A stretch of DNA of 64,000 nt from Ignavibacteriales bacterium (GTDB lineage: Bacteria; Bacteroidota; Ignavibacteria; Ignavibacteriales; DAOSCP01). Shown piece by piece: positions 1 through 9,746 of the stretch; position 1 is the first letter of the stretch, and each line of letters starts with the position of its first letter. The stretch spans positions 275,412 to 339,411 of the forward strand of contig DAOSCP010000001.1 of NCBI GenBank assembly GCA_035361425.1, in the 5' to 3' direction. The notes under the pieces are model-generated. The model was not told the DNA's origin and ran no database searches. It was given only the letters and a program-made list of their open reading frames with translations. The position numbers were made by a program, and so were the translations under genes.

Positions 1-2227
1 TGCTATATAGCATAATTATTTTATTTTGCTTTAATGCGTTTTGTTTGATAGAATTGAAATAATCGTCATATTTTTCCAGTTTATTTAAAAATTCCTCAGG
101 CGATATTTTGGTATCTCTTAATTCCTCTGGGACTAAATTTTCCACTTCAACATCATTTAAGTTTAATTTAGCGCCAGTTTCTCTTGCCAAAATTAAAATT
201 TTCCGTGCTACATCTAAACCATTTAAATCATCTCTTGGATCTGGTTCGGTATACCCCATTGCCTTAGCATCTTTTACAAGCTGGCTAAAAGACTTATCTG
301 ATGTATTAAACTCATTAAACAAATAACTCAATGTTCCCGATAAAACTCCTTCTATTCTATTGATTTTATCACCACTTACTACTAAATCTTTTATTGTATT
401 GATAATTGGTAAAGCAGCTCCTACATTTGCGCTATATCTAAACACTGTGTTTCTTTGATACGCTATTCTCCTTAATGTTTGATAAAACTCATAATCCATT
501 GAATTTGCAATTTTTGATGGAGTAACAATCGCAATTGAATTATTTAATAGTTTAGGATAAAACTCAATAATTTCTTTAATACCCGAGCAATCTAAGAAAA
601 TACTATTTTCTAAATTCATTTTGATAATTTCATTGACAAAACTCTCTATATTCGATTTTTCTCCTTTAGTAATTAAATTTTGCCAATTTTGAATATCAAT
701 ACCATTTTTATCAAAATAAAAATACTTTGAGTTTGCTATACCAACCAATCTTAAAGATACTTTTCTTTGTTCTAAAATGGTTTTATACCTTTCATTTAAA
801 ACACTTAAAAGTTCTTTTCCAACAAGACCTGGACCAAACAAAAATAAATTTACATAACTAACATCTTTAACAAATAATGCGTTATGAAGAACATTAACTG
901 CTTTTTGTTCATCTTTATTATCAATTATGATAGAAATATTTGTTTCTGATGAACCTAAAATAGCACCCTGGACATTAATTGCATTTTTGCCTAACGCTCC
1001 AAAAACTCTACCTGTTATTCCAGGAGTATCAATGATATCTTCTGCTACGACAACAATTAAAGCAAGATTATCTCCTGTATGCAATAAATCTTTATTCTCT
1101 CCAAACTCTCTTTTAAAGAACAAATTAGATATTTTTTTAGCTTTATTTAAATCTTTACTATAAATAGCAATTATAGTATTTTTTTGTGATGAAGCTTGCC
1201 CAAAAAGTAAAATTTCTATATTATTTTTTCTGAGTTCTTCTATGAGTTTAGCTTCATCATATTTATCGAAACTTTGATATCTTAAAACTGCAATATTTGG
1301 AATTGATGAGATTGATTTAAAGGTAAAATTAATTCCCTTTTCCCTTGGTAAAATAACCGTCCCAGGGAAAGCTGGATTAAATGTATTTTTAATACGAATT
1401 TTGATATTTTTTTGTAATGCAGGTAATATAGTAGGGCTATAAATAACCTTAGCACCGAAATAAGACATTTCCATAGCTTCTTCATAAGTTACGGCTTTGA
1501 GTGGCACAGCATTTTTAACTTTTCTTGGATCAGCAGTAAGAATTCCATCAACATCGGTCCATATTTGAATTTCAGTTGCATCAATCAATGATCCAATAAT
1601 AGAAGCAGTAAAATCTGATCCACCACGTCCTAAAGTGGTAGTCACACCATCCTGAGTTGCGCCAATAAAACCAGTAATAACTTTAACTTTATCATTTTTA
1701 TAAATAGTATCTTTAACTTTTGGTAAAGATAATTCATAATTAACTTTAGCTTTGCCAAAATTATCATCAGTAACCAAAATATTTCTTGCATCAATATATT
1801 CTGCTTCGATATTGTTATTGTTTAGAATTTCTGTTATAATTTGGCAAGATAATCTTTCTCCAAAACTTAAAATTAAATCTTTCGTTCTTGGCGATAATTC
1901 TTTTAATAAATAAACTCCATTGAGTAATCTATATAAATCATCAAATTGCTTTTCAATCTGTTGCAGGAAATCTTTTTTTGGCTTGGATAAAAAATTCTTT
2001 ATAAAATGCAAGTGGATATCTTTAATACTATCAAACTCTTTTTTAAAATCAATTCCTTCTACAGCCAGGCCAGAAGCTGTAATTAATTTATCTGTTACTT
2101 TGGCAAATGCAGAACAAACAAGGCAAAATTTTTCATTTTTTTCAATTAATTCCTTTACAATTTTAATAATATTGGATAAACCTTCATCTGTACCAACAGA
2201 AGTACCACCAAATTTTAATACTTTCAT
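1..2227 (-). CDS. thrA: Bifunctional aspartate kinase / homoserine dehydrogenase; the 3' end runs off the window start
   Basis: Absent from the ORF track because it is truncated by the window edge. My minus-strand translation from the ATG at 2227 gives MKVLKFGGTSVGTDEGL (aspartokinase N-terminus). It continues with KAVTYEEAMEMSYFGAKVI, then GPGLVGKELL...NVGAALPIINTIKDL...GVLSGTLSYLFN...GYTEPDPRDDLNGLDVARKILILARE (homoserine dehydrogenase). I saw no in-frame stop in the stretches I translated (about 2227-2030 and 1500-1); the rest was not checked. GGTGA lies just upstream of the ATG. Confidence 0.88.
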   Translation of the reverse strand, partial: MKVLKFGGTSVGTDEGLSNIIKIVKELIEKNEKFCLVCSAFAKVTDKLITASGLAVEGIDFKKEFDSIKDIHLHFIKNFLSKPKKDFLQQIEKQFDDLYRLLNGVYLLKELSPRTKDLILSFGERLSCQIITEILNNNNIEAEYIDARNILVTDDNFGKAKVNYELSLPKVKDTIYKNDKVKVITGFIGATQDGVTTTLGRGGSDFTASIIGSLIDATEIQIWTDVDGILTADPRKVKNAVPLKAVTYEEAMEMSYFGAKVIYSPTILPALQKNIKIRIKNTFNPAFPGTVILPREKGINFTFKSISSIPNIAVLRYQSFDKYDEAKLIEELRKNNIEILLFGQASSQKNTIIAIYSKDLNKAKKISNLFFKREFGENKDLLHTGDNLALIVVVAEDIIDTPGITGRVFGALGKNAINVQGAILGSSETNISIIIDNKDEQKAVNVLHNALFVKDVSYVNLFLFGPGLVGKELLSVLNERYKTILEQRKVSLRLVGIANSKYFYFDKNGIDIQNWQNLITKGEKSNIESFVNEIIKMNLENSIFLDCSGIKEIIEFYPKLLNNSIAIVTPSKIANSMDYEFYQTLRRIAYQRNTVFRYSANVGAALPIINTIKDLVVSGDKINRIEGVLSGTLSYLFNEFNTSDKSFSQLVKDAKAMGYTEPDPRDDLNGLDVARKILILARETGAKLNLNDVEVENLVPEELRDTKISPEEFLNKLEKYDDYFNSIKQNALKQNKIIMLYS

Positions 2228-2235
2228 ATAATCAC

Positions 2236-3366
2236 CTATAAATAATTTTTTAATATTGCATTTAATTGCTCAAATTCTATTAAAAATGCATCGTGCCCAT
2301 AAGGAGATGAAATTTCAAAAGTTTTAGAATCTGGAATTAAATTAGTAAACTTTTTTTGATGTTCTGGTAAATATAATAAATCTGTATCAATGACAATCGA
2401 AATTGTTTTAGCTTTGATACTACCTAAAACATCCTCAAAAGGAGCACGTTCGTAAGAGATATCGTGTAAATCTGTTGCTTGTAAAATAGTTAAATAACTT
2501 ATAGGATCGAACCTTGTTATAAATTTATTTGCTTGATGATTAAAATAACTCGATACATCAAATCTAGTATTTTTAGAATAATATTTTTCAGATATATATT
2601 TTCTGCCAAATTTTTGAATATAATTTTCAGGCGTGCGATAGCTCATCAAACCAACCATTCTTGCAATACCTATATTTTCGATTGTATTCCCATTATAATT
2701 ACCGTTATTCCAATTTTTATCTGCCAAAATAATATTTCTTTGAATTTCATTAAATGCAATAGCCCAATCAGAATTAATTACATCACAAGCAATAGGGAAA
2801 AGAATTTCGCAAACATCTGGATACATAATTCCAAATTCTAACACTTGAAATCCACCAAGTGAGCCACCAATACAAGCTTTAATTTTTTCAATTCTTAGAT
2901 AATTAAGCAGTTCTTTATGAACTTTTATCATATCCCTTACAGTAATAACTGGGAAATCTAAGCCCCAATTTTCATTGGAATTAGGTTTATAGGATGTTGG
3001 TCCAGTTGTGCCATAACAACTTCCAAGAATATTAGCGCAGATAATAAAATATTTTTCAGTATCAAGTGCTTTACCAGGTCCGATAATTCCATCCCACCAA
3101 CCAAGCTTATTATTATTCATAATTGAATATTTTTCCAGAAAGTCATACTTTGAATTGTTATCCTTTTCAATATTTGATAATATTCCACCAGCATGGGCAT
3201 TACCTGTTAAAGCATGAAAAACTAAAATAACATTAGTTTTTTCAGAATTTAATTTACCATATGTTTGAAAAGCCACCTGGATATTGGCAAGCTTTTCTCC
3301 TGCTTCCAACTCCAGGGGCTCATTTACAAAAAGATTAACAAAATTTGTTTTTACATTAAAAGACAT
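2236..3366 (-). CDS. metX: Homoserine O-acetyltransferase
   Basis: 376-aa ORF of the alpha/beta hydrolase type, with a GGSLGG nucleophile elbow and a C-terminal GHDAFL motif. It lies between metY and thrA. Confidence 0.9.
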   Translation of the reverse strand: MSFNVKTNFVNLFVNEPLELEAGEKLANIQVAFQTYGKLNSEKTNVILVFHALTGNAHAGGILSNIEKDNNSKYDFLEKYSIMNNNKLGWWDGIIGPGKALDTEKYFIICANILGSCYGTTGPTSYKPNSNENWGLDFPVITVRDMIKVHKELLNYLRIEKIKACIGGSLGGFQVLEFGIMYPDVCEILFPIACDVINSDWAIAFNEIQRNIILADKNWNNGNYNGNTIENIGIARMVGLMSYRTPENYIQKFGRKYISEKYYSKNTRFDVSSYFNHQANKFITRFDPISYLTILQATDLHDISYERAPFEDVLGSIKAKTISIVIDTDLLYLPEHQKKFTNLIPDSKTFEISSPYGHDAFLIEFEQLNAILKNYL

Positions 3367-3372
3367 AATAAC

Positions 3373-4659
3373 CTATATTTTTGATAGAGATTGTTCCAAA
3401 TCATCAACTATATCATTAATATTTTCGATACCAACAGAAAGCCTTACTAACTCTGGAGTAATACCACCAGCTCTTTGCTGTTCTTCACTTAACTGTGAGT
3501 GAGTAGTAGTGGCTGGATGAATTGCTAAAGACTTAGCATCTCCTACATTAGCTAAATGAGAAAAAAGAGTTAAATTTTCAATAAATTTTTTACCTTCATC
3601 AGCACCGCCTTTAACACCAAACACAACCATACCGCCAAAACCATTTTTTAAATATTTTTGTGCAATTGGATAAGAAGGATCATCTTCAAGTCCAGGATAA
3701 CTAACCCAATTAACTTTTGGATGTTGTTTTAAGAACTTAGCTACAGCTAATGCATTTTGTGAATGTCTTTCCATCCTTAATGCAAGAGTTTCAATACCTT
3801 GTAAAAACATCCAGGCATTATCAGGAGAAATACAAGCACCAAGATTTCTTAAAGGAACCAGTCTTGCTCTCATTATAAAAGCAATCGGATTAAAATCGCC
3901 CAAATCATGTGCGTATCGTAAACCGTTGTAACTTGGATCTGGCTCATTATAAAGTTTGAACTTTGGATTTTTCCAGTTAAATTTACCAGCATCAACAATA
4001 ATACCTCCAATTCCTGTGCCATGTCCGCCAATCCATTTTGTAAGTGAATGCACAACAATATCTGCACCGTGATCAATTGGTCTTAAAAGATACGGCGTTG
4101 TAAAAGTTGAATCGACAATAAGTGGAAGTTCGTATTCATGTGCAATTTTTGCAATAGCTTCAATATCTGCAACATCCAATGCAGGATTACCAATTGTTTC
4201 GATATAAATTGCTCTGGTTTTTTCGTTTATAGCATTTCGAAAATTTTCTGGATTTTTTGGATCAACAAATTTGGCTTTAATTCCAAATTGTGGCAATATA
4301 TCATTAAACATTGTATAAGTGCCACCATAAAGATTATTTGCAGAAACAAATTCTTCGCCATTGGATAAAATATTAATAATTGCATAAAAAATTGCAGATG
4401 TACCAGAAGCAATAGCTAAAGCTGCAGCTCCGTTTTCCAGAGCTGCAATCCTATTTTCCAGAATCTCTTGTGTTGGATTGTTTAATCTGGTATAAATATA
4501 ACCAAGCTCTTTTAACGCAAAAAGATTAGCAGCATGTTCAGCACTTTTAAATATATATGACGATGTTCTGTAAATTGGCACAGCACGAGAAAGAGTTGGA
4601 TCAATATTATGTCCGGCGTGTAAAGCCAGTGTTTCGAATTTTAATTGGTTGTTAGGCAT
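3373..4659 (-). CDS. metY: O-acetylhomoserine sulfhydrylase (PLP-dependent)
   Basis: 428-aa ORF of the Cys/Met-metabolism PLP family, with the [11 protein letters not shown] lysine motif. It ends with a TAG stop. Confidence 0.9.
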   Translation of the reverse strand: MPNNQLKFETLALHAGHNIDPTLSRAVPIYRTSSYIFKSAEHAANLFALKELGYIYTRLNNPTQEILENRIAALENGAAALAIASGTSAIFYAIINILSNGEEFVSANNLYGGTYTMFNDILPQFGIKAKFVDPKNPENFRNAINEKTRAIYIETIGNPALDVADIEAIAKIAHEYELPLIVDSTFTTPYLLRPIDHGADIVVHSLTKWIGGHGTGIGGIIVDAGKFNWKNPKFKLYNEPDPSYNGLRYAHDLGDFNPIAFIMRARLVPLRNLGACISPDNAWMFLQGIETLALRMERHSQNALAVAKFLKQHPKVNWVSYPGLEDDPSYPIAQKYLKNGFGGMVVFGVKGGADEGKKFIENLTLFSHLANVGDAKSLAIHPATTTHSQLSEEQQRAGGITPELVRLSVGIENINDIVDDLEQSLSKI

Positions 4660-4724
4660 ATGTAAACCCTTTCATATTGTTAATTAAAAGATTAAGTTAG
4701 TAATGAGGCCTCATACAAATTTAA

Positions 4725-4754
4725 AAACAAAAAACCCTCGCTAAATAGCGAGGG
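4725..4754 (-). terminator. Intrinsic terminator (attenuator) inside the metY 5' leader
   Basis: On the minus strand the RNA reads CCCUCGCUA-UU-UAGCGAGGG followed by UUUUUUGUUUUU. It lies about 65 nt upstream of the metY ATG, before the coding region. Confidence 0.7.
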
Positions 4755-4845
4755 TGGTCAAAACTTACCGGCTATTTAGCAATTTATTTAACGTCGGTGC
4801 AAGTCGCCTTAAATCCCGACAACAAATTTTTAAGTATAACACACT
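4755..4845 (-). promoter_or_regulatory. Candidate riboswitch/attenuator sensing region of the metY-metX-thrA leader; class unassigned
   Basis: The leader RNA reads GUUGUCGGGAUUUAAGGCGACUUGCACCGACGUUAAAUAAAUUGCUAAAUAGCCGGUAAG. GCUAAAUAGC (plus-strand 4771-4780) is the exact complement of GCUAUUUAGC inside the terminator stem-loop, so it can act as an antiterminator. A GUCGG...CCGAC helix encloses the 5' part. Confidence 0.45.
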
Positions 4846-4848
4846 ACA

Positions 4849-4877
4849 AATATACAAATTTAAAACCTGAAAGTCAA
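4849..4877 (-). promoter_or_regulatory. Sigma70-type promoter for the met operon
   Basis: The minus strand reads TTGACT, a 17-nt spacer, then TATATT. It lies directly upstream of the leader. Confidence 0.55.
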
Positions 4878-4972
4878 TACCTGAATATTAATTTATTGTT
4901 ATAGTTATAAAAAAGTAAAAAAAATTTGTTTTTTTATATATTTATTTAGACCAATTTTTTAGGAGGTACAAA

Positions 4973-5206
4973 ATGCCAGAAAATTGTCCTAATGCTGAAG
5001 CATGTCCAGTTTTCAACAATATTTTAAAAGATAAAGTAATGACTGCAAAATTCTTTCGAATGCTTTTTTGCGAAGCAGGAGAATCTTCTTTTACAAATTG
5101 TAAAAGATTTCAAATGAAACAAAAATATGGCAAAGTGCCACCAAATTTACTACCAAACTCTATTAAACCAATTGAAAAAATAGCAAAAGAAGCTGGTTTG
5201 ATTTAA
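4973..5206 (+). CDS. Small cysteine-rich hypothetical protein (77 aa)
   Basis: A strong Shine-Dalgarno AGGAGG lies 6 nt before the ATG. The protein has four Cys (CPNAEAC...C...C) and is followed by a strong terminator. Confidence 0.6.
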   Translation: MPENCPNAEACPVFNNILKDKVMTAKFFRMLFCEAGESSFTNCKRFQMKQKYGKVPPNLLPNSIKPIEKIAKEAGLI

Positions 5207-5214
5207 AATTTATT

Positions 5215-5258
5215 GCAATCTAAACATTTTTTAATTTAAATGTTTAGATTGCTTTTTA
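5215..5258. terminator. Bidirectional intrinsic terminator between convergent genes
   Basis: A perfect 13-bp inverted repeat, GCAATCTAAACAT (5215-5227) and ATGTTTAGATTGC (5240-5252), is followed by TTTTT. Confidence 0.75.
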
Positions 5259-5840
5259 TTTATTTTCTTTTATTAGATTTTCTAACTCATTATACCAGTT
5301 TTCGCCATACTTACGAATTAAAGACTCTTTACAAAATTTGTAAGTTGGTAAGTCTAATTTGTTACCATTTTCAAGAGCCGGAGAACAACCTACAAAATTT
5401 TCAAAAACTAATATGTCTCCACCAAAATCGTGTATTCTAATAGGGAATAAGTGGCACGATATAGGTTTCTTAAAATCTATTTCGCCATTATAAAAAGCTT
5501 TCTCAATAGCACATTTTGCTATACCATTTTCATCATAATAAACAAAAACACAATCTCTTTTATTTATACCTTTAGTAAAAATTCCATTTTCATTAATCTC
5601 ATAAAAGCCATTTTGTTCGATAAATTCAATATTTCTTTGAGTAAGATACTTTTTAACTTTATTGAGAATACTTTGAATTATTGGTATTTCTTCCTGTAAC
5701 AAAGGTGCTCCATAATCTGATTCAAAAGTGCAACAGGCCCCTTTGCATTTTTCAAGATCACAACAAAATTTTTTATTTATAACTTCATTTCTTACTAAAA
5801 CACCATTAACAGATATTAATCTTAAATTATTAAAACTCAT
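5256..5840 (-). CDS. Cys-rich protein, DUF3109-like
   Basis: 194 aa. The CCDLEKCKGACCTFESDYGAPL motif resembles the DUF3109 family as I remember it. Not verified by search. Confidence 0.5.
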   Translation of the reverse strand: MSFNNLRLISVNGVLVRNEVINKKFCCDLEKCKGACCTFESDYGAPLLQEEIPIIQSILNKVKKYLTQRNIEFIEQNGFYEINENGIFTKGINKRDCVFVYYDENGIAKCAIEKAFYNGEIDFKKPISCHLFPIRIHDFGGDILVFENFVGCSPALENGNKLDLPTYKFCKESLIRKYGENWYNELENLIKENK

Positions 5841-7241
5841 TTATCTCTCAAATTGTGATAAATCAATATTCAGCTCATCGATCAATTTTTTTAATTTAGT
5901 TTGATTTAATTCCAATAAATTAGAAGCTTTTACTAAATCACCATTAGCAATTTTCAAAGATTTTTCGATATGATTTTTCATTACACCATTTAATGATAAA
6001 TTAGTATCACTTGAGTTAACTTGTGCATCTTTAGAATTACCTGGTATATATTCGTCGTATTCTTTAAGGAAAGAAAAATCTTCTAATTTTATATTATTTC
6101 CAGATGAAAGAATAATAGCTCGTTCAACTGCATTGTGTAATTCGCGTATATTACCTTTCCATCTCAATGTTTTAAGGAAATTAAGTGCTTCGCTTTCAAT
6201 AGTTTTTGTTTCGATATTACAACTTTTACATATTTCATCAAGAAACATAGTGACCAAAAGCGGAATATCTTCGTTTCTTTCTCTTAATGGGGGTAAATAG
6301 ATTTTTCCAACATTTAATCTGTAATACAAATCTTCGCGAAATCTTTTTTCTTCAACTTCTTTTTCAAGATTTCTATTAGTTGCAGCAATGATTCTAACAT
6401 TAACAGCTACTTCTTTTTCACCACCAAGACGATAAAATTTCTTTTCCTGTAAAACTCTTAAAAGCTTAACCTGTAAATCCAGAGAAAGCTCACCAATTTC
6501 GTCGAGTAATAACGTGCCATTATCAGCAAGTTCAAATTTACCTAATTTAGTTTTAGAAGCTGCACCGGTAAAAGCACCTTTTTCGTATCCAAAAAGCTCG
6601 CTTTCTGCTAACTCTTTTGGTATTGCTCCGCAATTAACAGTAATAAATGGCCCTTGCCTACGCGGACTCATAGAATGAATAAACTTAGCCATAACCTCTT
6701 TACCGGTTCCACTTTCACCTTCAATTAAAATAGTTGTATTATCCGTTTGAGCAAATTTTTCTGCAAGGTCAAGAATTTTTTGAATTTTATCACTCTTTCC
6801 AAAATACTCTCGTGTTATAACCGGACCTTCCTGTAATAATTGTTGTAGTTTAAGAACTTGTTTTCGTAATTTTACAGGTTCTAAATTCTTTTCAAGAATG
6901 AATTTTAATTGCTCCATATCAATTGGTTTAAGTAGAAAATCCTTTGCCCCAATTTTCATAGCATTAACAGCAATCTGAACATCTGCATAACCAGTAATCA
7001 TAACCACTGGTATTTGTTTGTGGCTGGCAATTATATTTTTAAGAATATCGATACCATTAACATCATCAGAAAGATATATATCAAGTAAAATTAAATCTGG
7101 GTCAAAATCTTTAATAGTTTGATTAATTTCATCTGGATTCTGGCACAAGAATGCGGAATATCCAATTTTAATTAATGCTTTTTTTAAGGATACTCCTACT
7201 AACTCATCATCATCAATAATAAGAATATGATATTCTTCCAT
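5841..7241 (-). CDS. Sigma54-dependent response regulator (NtrC family)
   Basis: It has a receiver domain (IIDDDE...DLILLD), an AAA+ module with GESGTGKE Walker A and the GAFTGA sigma54-contact loop, and a C-terminal HTH. Confidence 0.9.
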   Translation of the reverse strand: MEEYHILIIDDDELVGVSLKKALIKIGYSAFLCQNPDEINQTIKDFDPDLILLDIYLSDDVNGIDILKNIIASHKQIPVVMITGYADVQIAVNAMKIGAKDFLLKPIDMEQLKFILEKNLEPVKLRKQVLKLQQLLQEGPVITREYFGKSDKIQKILDLAEKFAQTDNTTILIEGESGTGKEVMAKFIHSMSPRRQGPFITVNCGAIPKELAESELFGYEKGAFTGAASKTKLGKFELADNGTLLLDEIGELSLDLQVKLLRVLQEKKFYRLGGEKEVAVNVRIIAATNRNLEKEVEEKRFREDLYYRLNVGKIYLPPLRERNEDIPLLVTMFLDEICKSCNIETKTIESEALNFLKTLRWKGNIRELHNAVERAIILSSGNNIKLEDFSFLKEYDEYIPGNSKDAQVNSSDTNLSLNGVMKNHIEKSLKIANGDLVKASNLLELNQTKLKKLIDELNIDLSQFER

Positions 7242-7250
7242 AATAATCCA

Positions 7251-7931
7251 CTATTTTGTTGGAAATTCTATATAAAAAACAGTAAATTTATTTAACTTAC
7301 TTTCAAAATAAAATTTAGCATCATACTCTTCCAATATTATTTTACATACACTTAAACCAATACCTGTTCCATTTTTTTTGCTAGTAAAAAAATCATCGAA
7401 TATTTTTTTCTGATGCTGTTCACTTATTCCTTTTCCGTTATCCTTGATTGAAAATTTAATAATATCTTTTTCAAATACAGTTTGAATTTCAATTTGTTTT
7501 TGTTTATTTACAATTGATAAAGCTTCAATCGAATTTGTTATTAAATTTATAAATACCTGAAGTATTTTATTTGGGTTTAATTGCAATGATGGTAAGTTAG
7601 CATCTAAATTTTTGATAACTTTGATATTATTATCTCTTAATTTTAAGTCTAAAATTTGTAATGCGTTATTAATTATATCATTGATATTTATGAGTTCAAG
7701 ATGCTCATTTGATTTTCTACTTAAATTAAGCGTATTATCTATTAAAAATTCTATTCGATTCGTTGCTTTTTTACACAATTCGATTATCTGTTTATCTTCA
7801 TCACATAAATTTTCAGAAAGCCCCAGATTATCTAAATTTAATTTTAAAACTGATAAGGGGTTTCTAATTTCGTGTGCTAGAATAGCTGATAATTTACCTA
7901 ATTCTTCTAATTTTTTTTGTTCATTTTGCAT
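7251..7931 (-). CDS. Histidine kinase core (HisKA + HATPase_c) with no obvious sensor or TM domain
   Basis: It has the H-box LAHEIRNPL, G1 KDNGKGI and G2 GTGIGLS. It is only 226 aa. Confidence 0.85.
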   Translation of the reverse strand: MQNEQKKLEELGKLSAILAHEIRNPLSVLKLNLDNLGLSENLCDEDKQIIELCKKATNRIEFLIDNTLNLSRKSNEHLELININDIINNALQILDLKLRDNNIKVIKNLDANLPSLQLNPNKILQVFINLITNSIEALSIVNKQKQIEIQTVFEKDIIKFSIKDNGKGISEQHQKKIFDDFFTSKKNGTGIGLSVCKIILEEYDAKFYFESKLNKFTVFYIEFPTK

Positions 7932-7934
7932 ATT

Positions 7935-9596
7935 CTACAATCTGTAATAAATAGATATATTAAAATTATGATTTTTCCCTAATTGATAATCGAATGTTCT
8001 GCTAAAATCATTTAATTCATCTTTAAAGTTTGTATATTCATAATGAAATTGGAAAAAAAGATTATGCCAAAATTGATAACTTAATTTAGCACCTACATAA
8101 GTTCTATTTGTTACCTTGCCCCATAAAAATTGTGGTTGTGGTACAGTATATTGTCTTAATCTCATTAAAGAATCTGAAAGTCCACCATTACCTTTTCTCA
8201 AATATTTATAGTAAGCTTCGATATCTAATCCCCTAAAAATCTTATATTTTGATGATAAATAAAAAATATCACCATTATCGCCAAGCCAGTGCCCAAGAGA
8301 ATAATTTGATGATGAATACTCAGTAGTTTTAATATAATGCTGATAAGCGAAAGGAAATATTTTAGTATATTCAACTGTAAAACCAAAATTATCAAAAAAT
8401 AACCCATAATTTGATAACCCAAAATTCATTGCAACCTGATATCTTTGCTTTTGTTTATCAAACATATCGCTTAAAGTTATCTCATCAATAAACAGAGTTG
8501 TGTAAATATGAGTATTTGGGATATGATTTTTTGAAGAAATATTAAAGAAGAACTGAGCATTATCACCTGCGTCATTATTATTATTACTATAATAATGGTC
8601 TGCTAATCTGAAAAACATTACTGGTAAAAGGTATAACGCTTTAATCTCATCCCCATAAACCATTGATTCGCCAGCACTCAAACTTAAACCTTTATATTTA
8701 ATTGTCACTGTGTGAGATGCAAAAAATTTCTTTCTATAAATCACTCTATCTACATTTTGATAAGTATATATTTTATAAGTTTCTAAAGAATCTATCATTC
8801 TTGATTCTAAAAAAGCGTGTATGTAATTAAAACTAAACCAGGGCGCTGGATTAATATCAAGCCTTATATATGGATAAGTTGGCGCCTTTCTACCAAGGAC
8901 AACATTTCCACTTTTTTCATATCCCCAGGTTAAATAATCTTTCACAAAAGAAATTGAGCCCCAATTCCAATCATAAGAAAGCCCCCCCATAGCTTCACTG
9001 TACTCAAGTCCATCATCTTTTGGAATTGCAGTAATCCCCATCTCATCAGTTAATGTTTTAGCAGGGTCTAAAATTTTGCTTTCTTCCCTATTGTCTCTAA
9101 AATTAAAATAATATCCTAATTTATCGGAAAGATAGCCATAAACAGAAGCACCGTTCCAACGATGAGTAAATTTTTTACCAAATTTATTTTGTATAGAATA
9201 TCCATAAATAATATCAGCATTGAAAGTAAATAATTCATTTTTATAATTAAATAAATTAGCACTTTGGAAATCGGGATATATAAAATTATAGCTTTCGGTT
9301 GTATCTTTTACACAGGAAAGCCTTTTAATTTCATCTTGATAATCATTTAAATAGAAATATAATTCATCTTTTTCAACTTTTGATAATTTATTTTCTTGCT
9401 TTTTGATTTCTATTAAATAGTTTGCAATATTTTTTCGAGCTAACGGTTTTATGATATCTTGATATGTTATAATACCTTTAACGCTCATTTGTTCCAAAAA
9501 TTCATACACAGGGAAATTAACCGGTTCATATACAATTTGTGCTAACAAATTATGATAAAGAATTAATAAGATAAACAATAAAATAAATTTTCTCAT
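7935..9596 (-). CDS. Outer-membrane beta-barrel protein, Wzi-like (capsule assembly family), tentative
   Basis: It has a signal peptide. The N-terminal VYEFLEQMSVKGII...KPLARKNIANYL resembles the Wzi N-terminal helical motif. The body is rich in aromatic/Gly beta strands and ends in ...ISIYYRL. Confidence 0.45.
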   Translation of the reverse strand: MRKFILLFILLILYHNLLAQIVYEPVNFPVYEFLEQMSVKGIITYQDIIKPLARKNIANYLIEIKKQENKLSKVEKDELYFYLNDYQDEIKRLSCVKDTTESYNFIYPDFQSANLFNYKNELFTFNADIIYGYSIQNKFGKKFTHRWNGASVYGYLSDKLGYYFNFRDNREESKILDPAKTLTDEMGITAIPKDDGLEYSEAMGGLSYDWNWGSISFVKDYLTWGYEKSGNVVLGRKAPTYPYIRLDINPAPWFSFNYIHAFLESRMIDSLETYKIYTYQNVDRVIYRKKFFASHTVTIKYKGLSLSAGESMVYGDEIKALYLLPVMFFRLADHYYSNNNNDAGDNAQFFFNISSKNHIPNTHIYTTLFIDEITLSDMFDKQKQRYQVAMNFGLSNYGLFFDNFGFTVEYTKIFPFAYQHYIKTTEYSSSNYSLGHWLGDNGDIFYLSSKYKIFRGLDIEAYYKYLRKGNGGLSDSLMRLRQYTVPQPQFLWGKVTNRTYVGAKLSYQFWHNLFFQFHYEYTNFKDELNDFSRTFDYQLGKNHNFNISIYYRL

Positions 9597-9713
9597 TTTT
9601 AAAGCCTAATAATTCCAAAATACAAATATAATTTATTTATAAATAAAATAAAATCAGTTTTTGCAAAATTATCTGTATGATAAGCAATTATTCTATTTTG
9701 GTATGTGTATAAA

Positions 9714-9743
9714 CAAAAAAGGCTCAAACAAAGAGCCTTTTTC
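9714..9743 (-). terminator. Intrinsic terminator after the 9747..11222 gene
   Basis: The hairpin is AAGGCTC-AAACAAA-GAGCCTT, flanked by A and T runs, immediately 3' of the gene on the minus strand. Confidence 0.65.
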
Positions 9744-9746
9744 ATA

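Noticed and set aside
108-2231. Plus-strand track ORFs 108..326, 927..1163 and 1920..2231, and the minus-strand ORF 1282..1485
   Set aside because: They are low-complexity shadow ORFs lying antisense to, or out of frame with, the thrA reading frame.
9597-9746. Sigma54 promoter (TGGAATTATTAGGCT) upstream of the Wzi-like gene
   Set aside because: The GG-to-GC spacing is 9 nt, not the canonical 10, and the flanking bases do not match TGGCAC/TTGCW. I found no convincing GG-N10-GC element in any intergenic region of the window.
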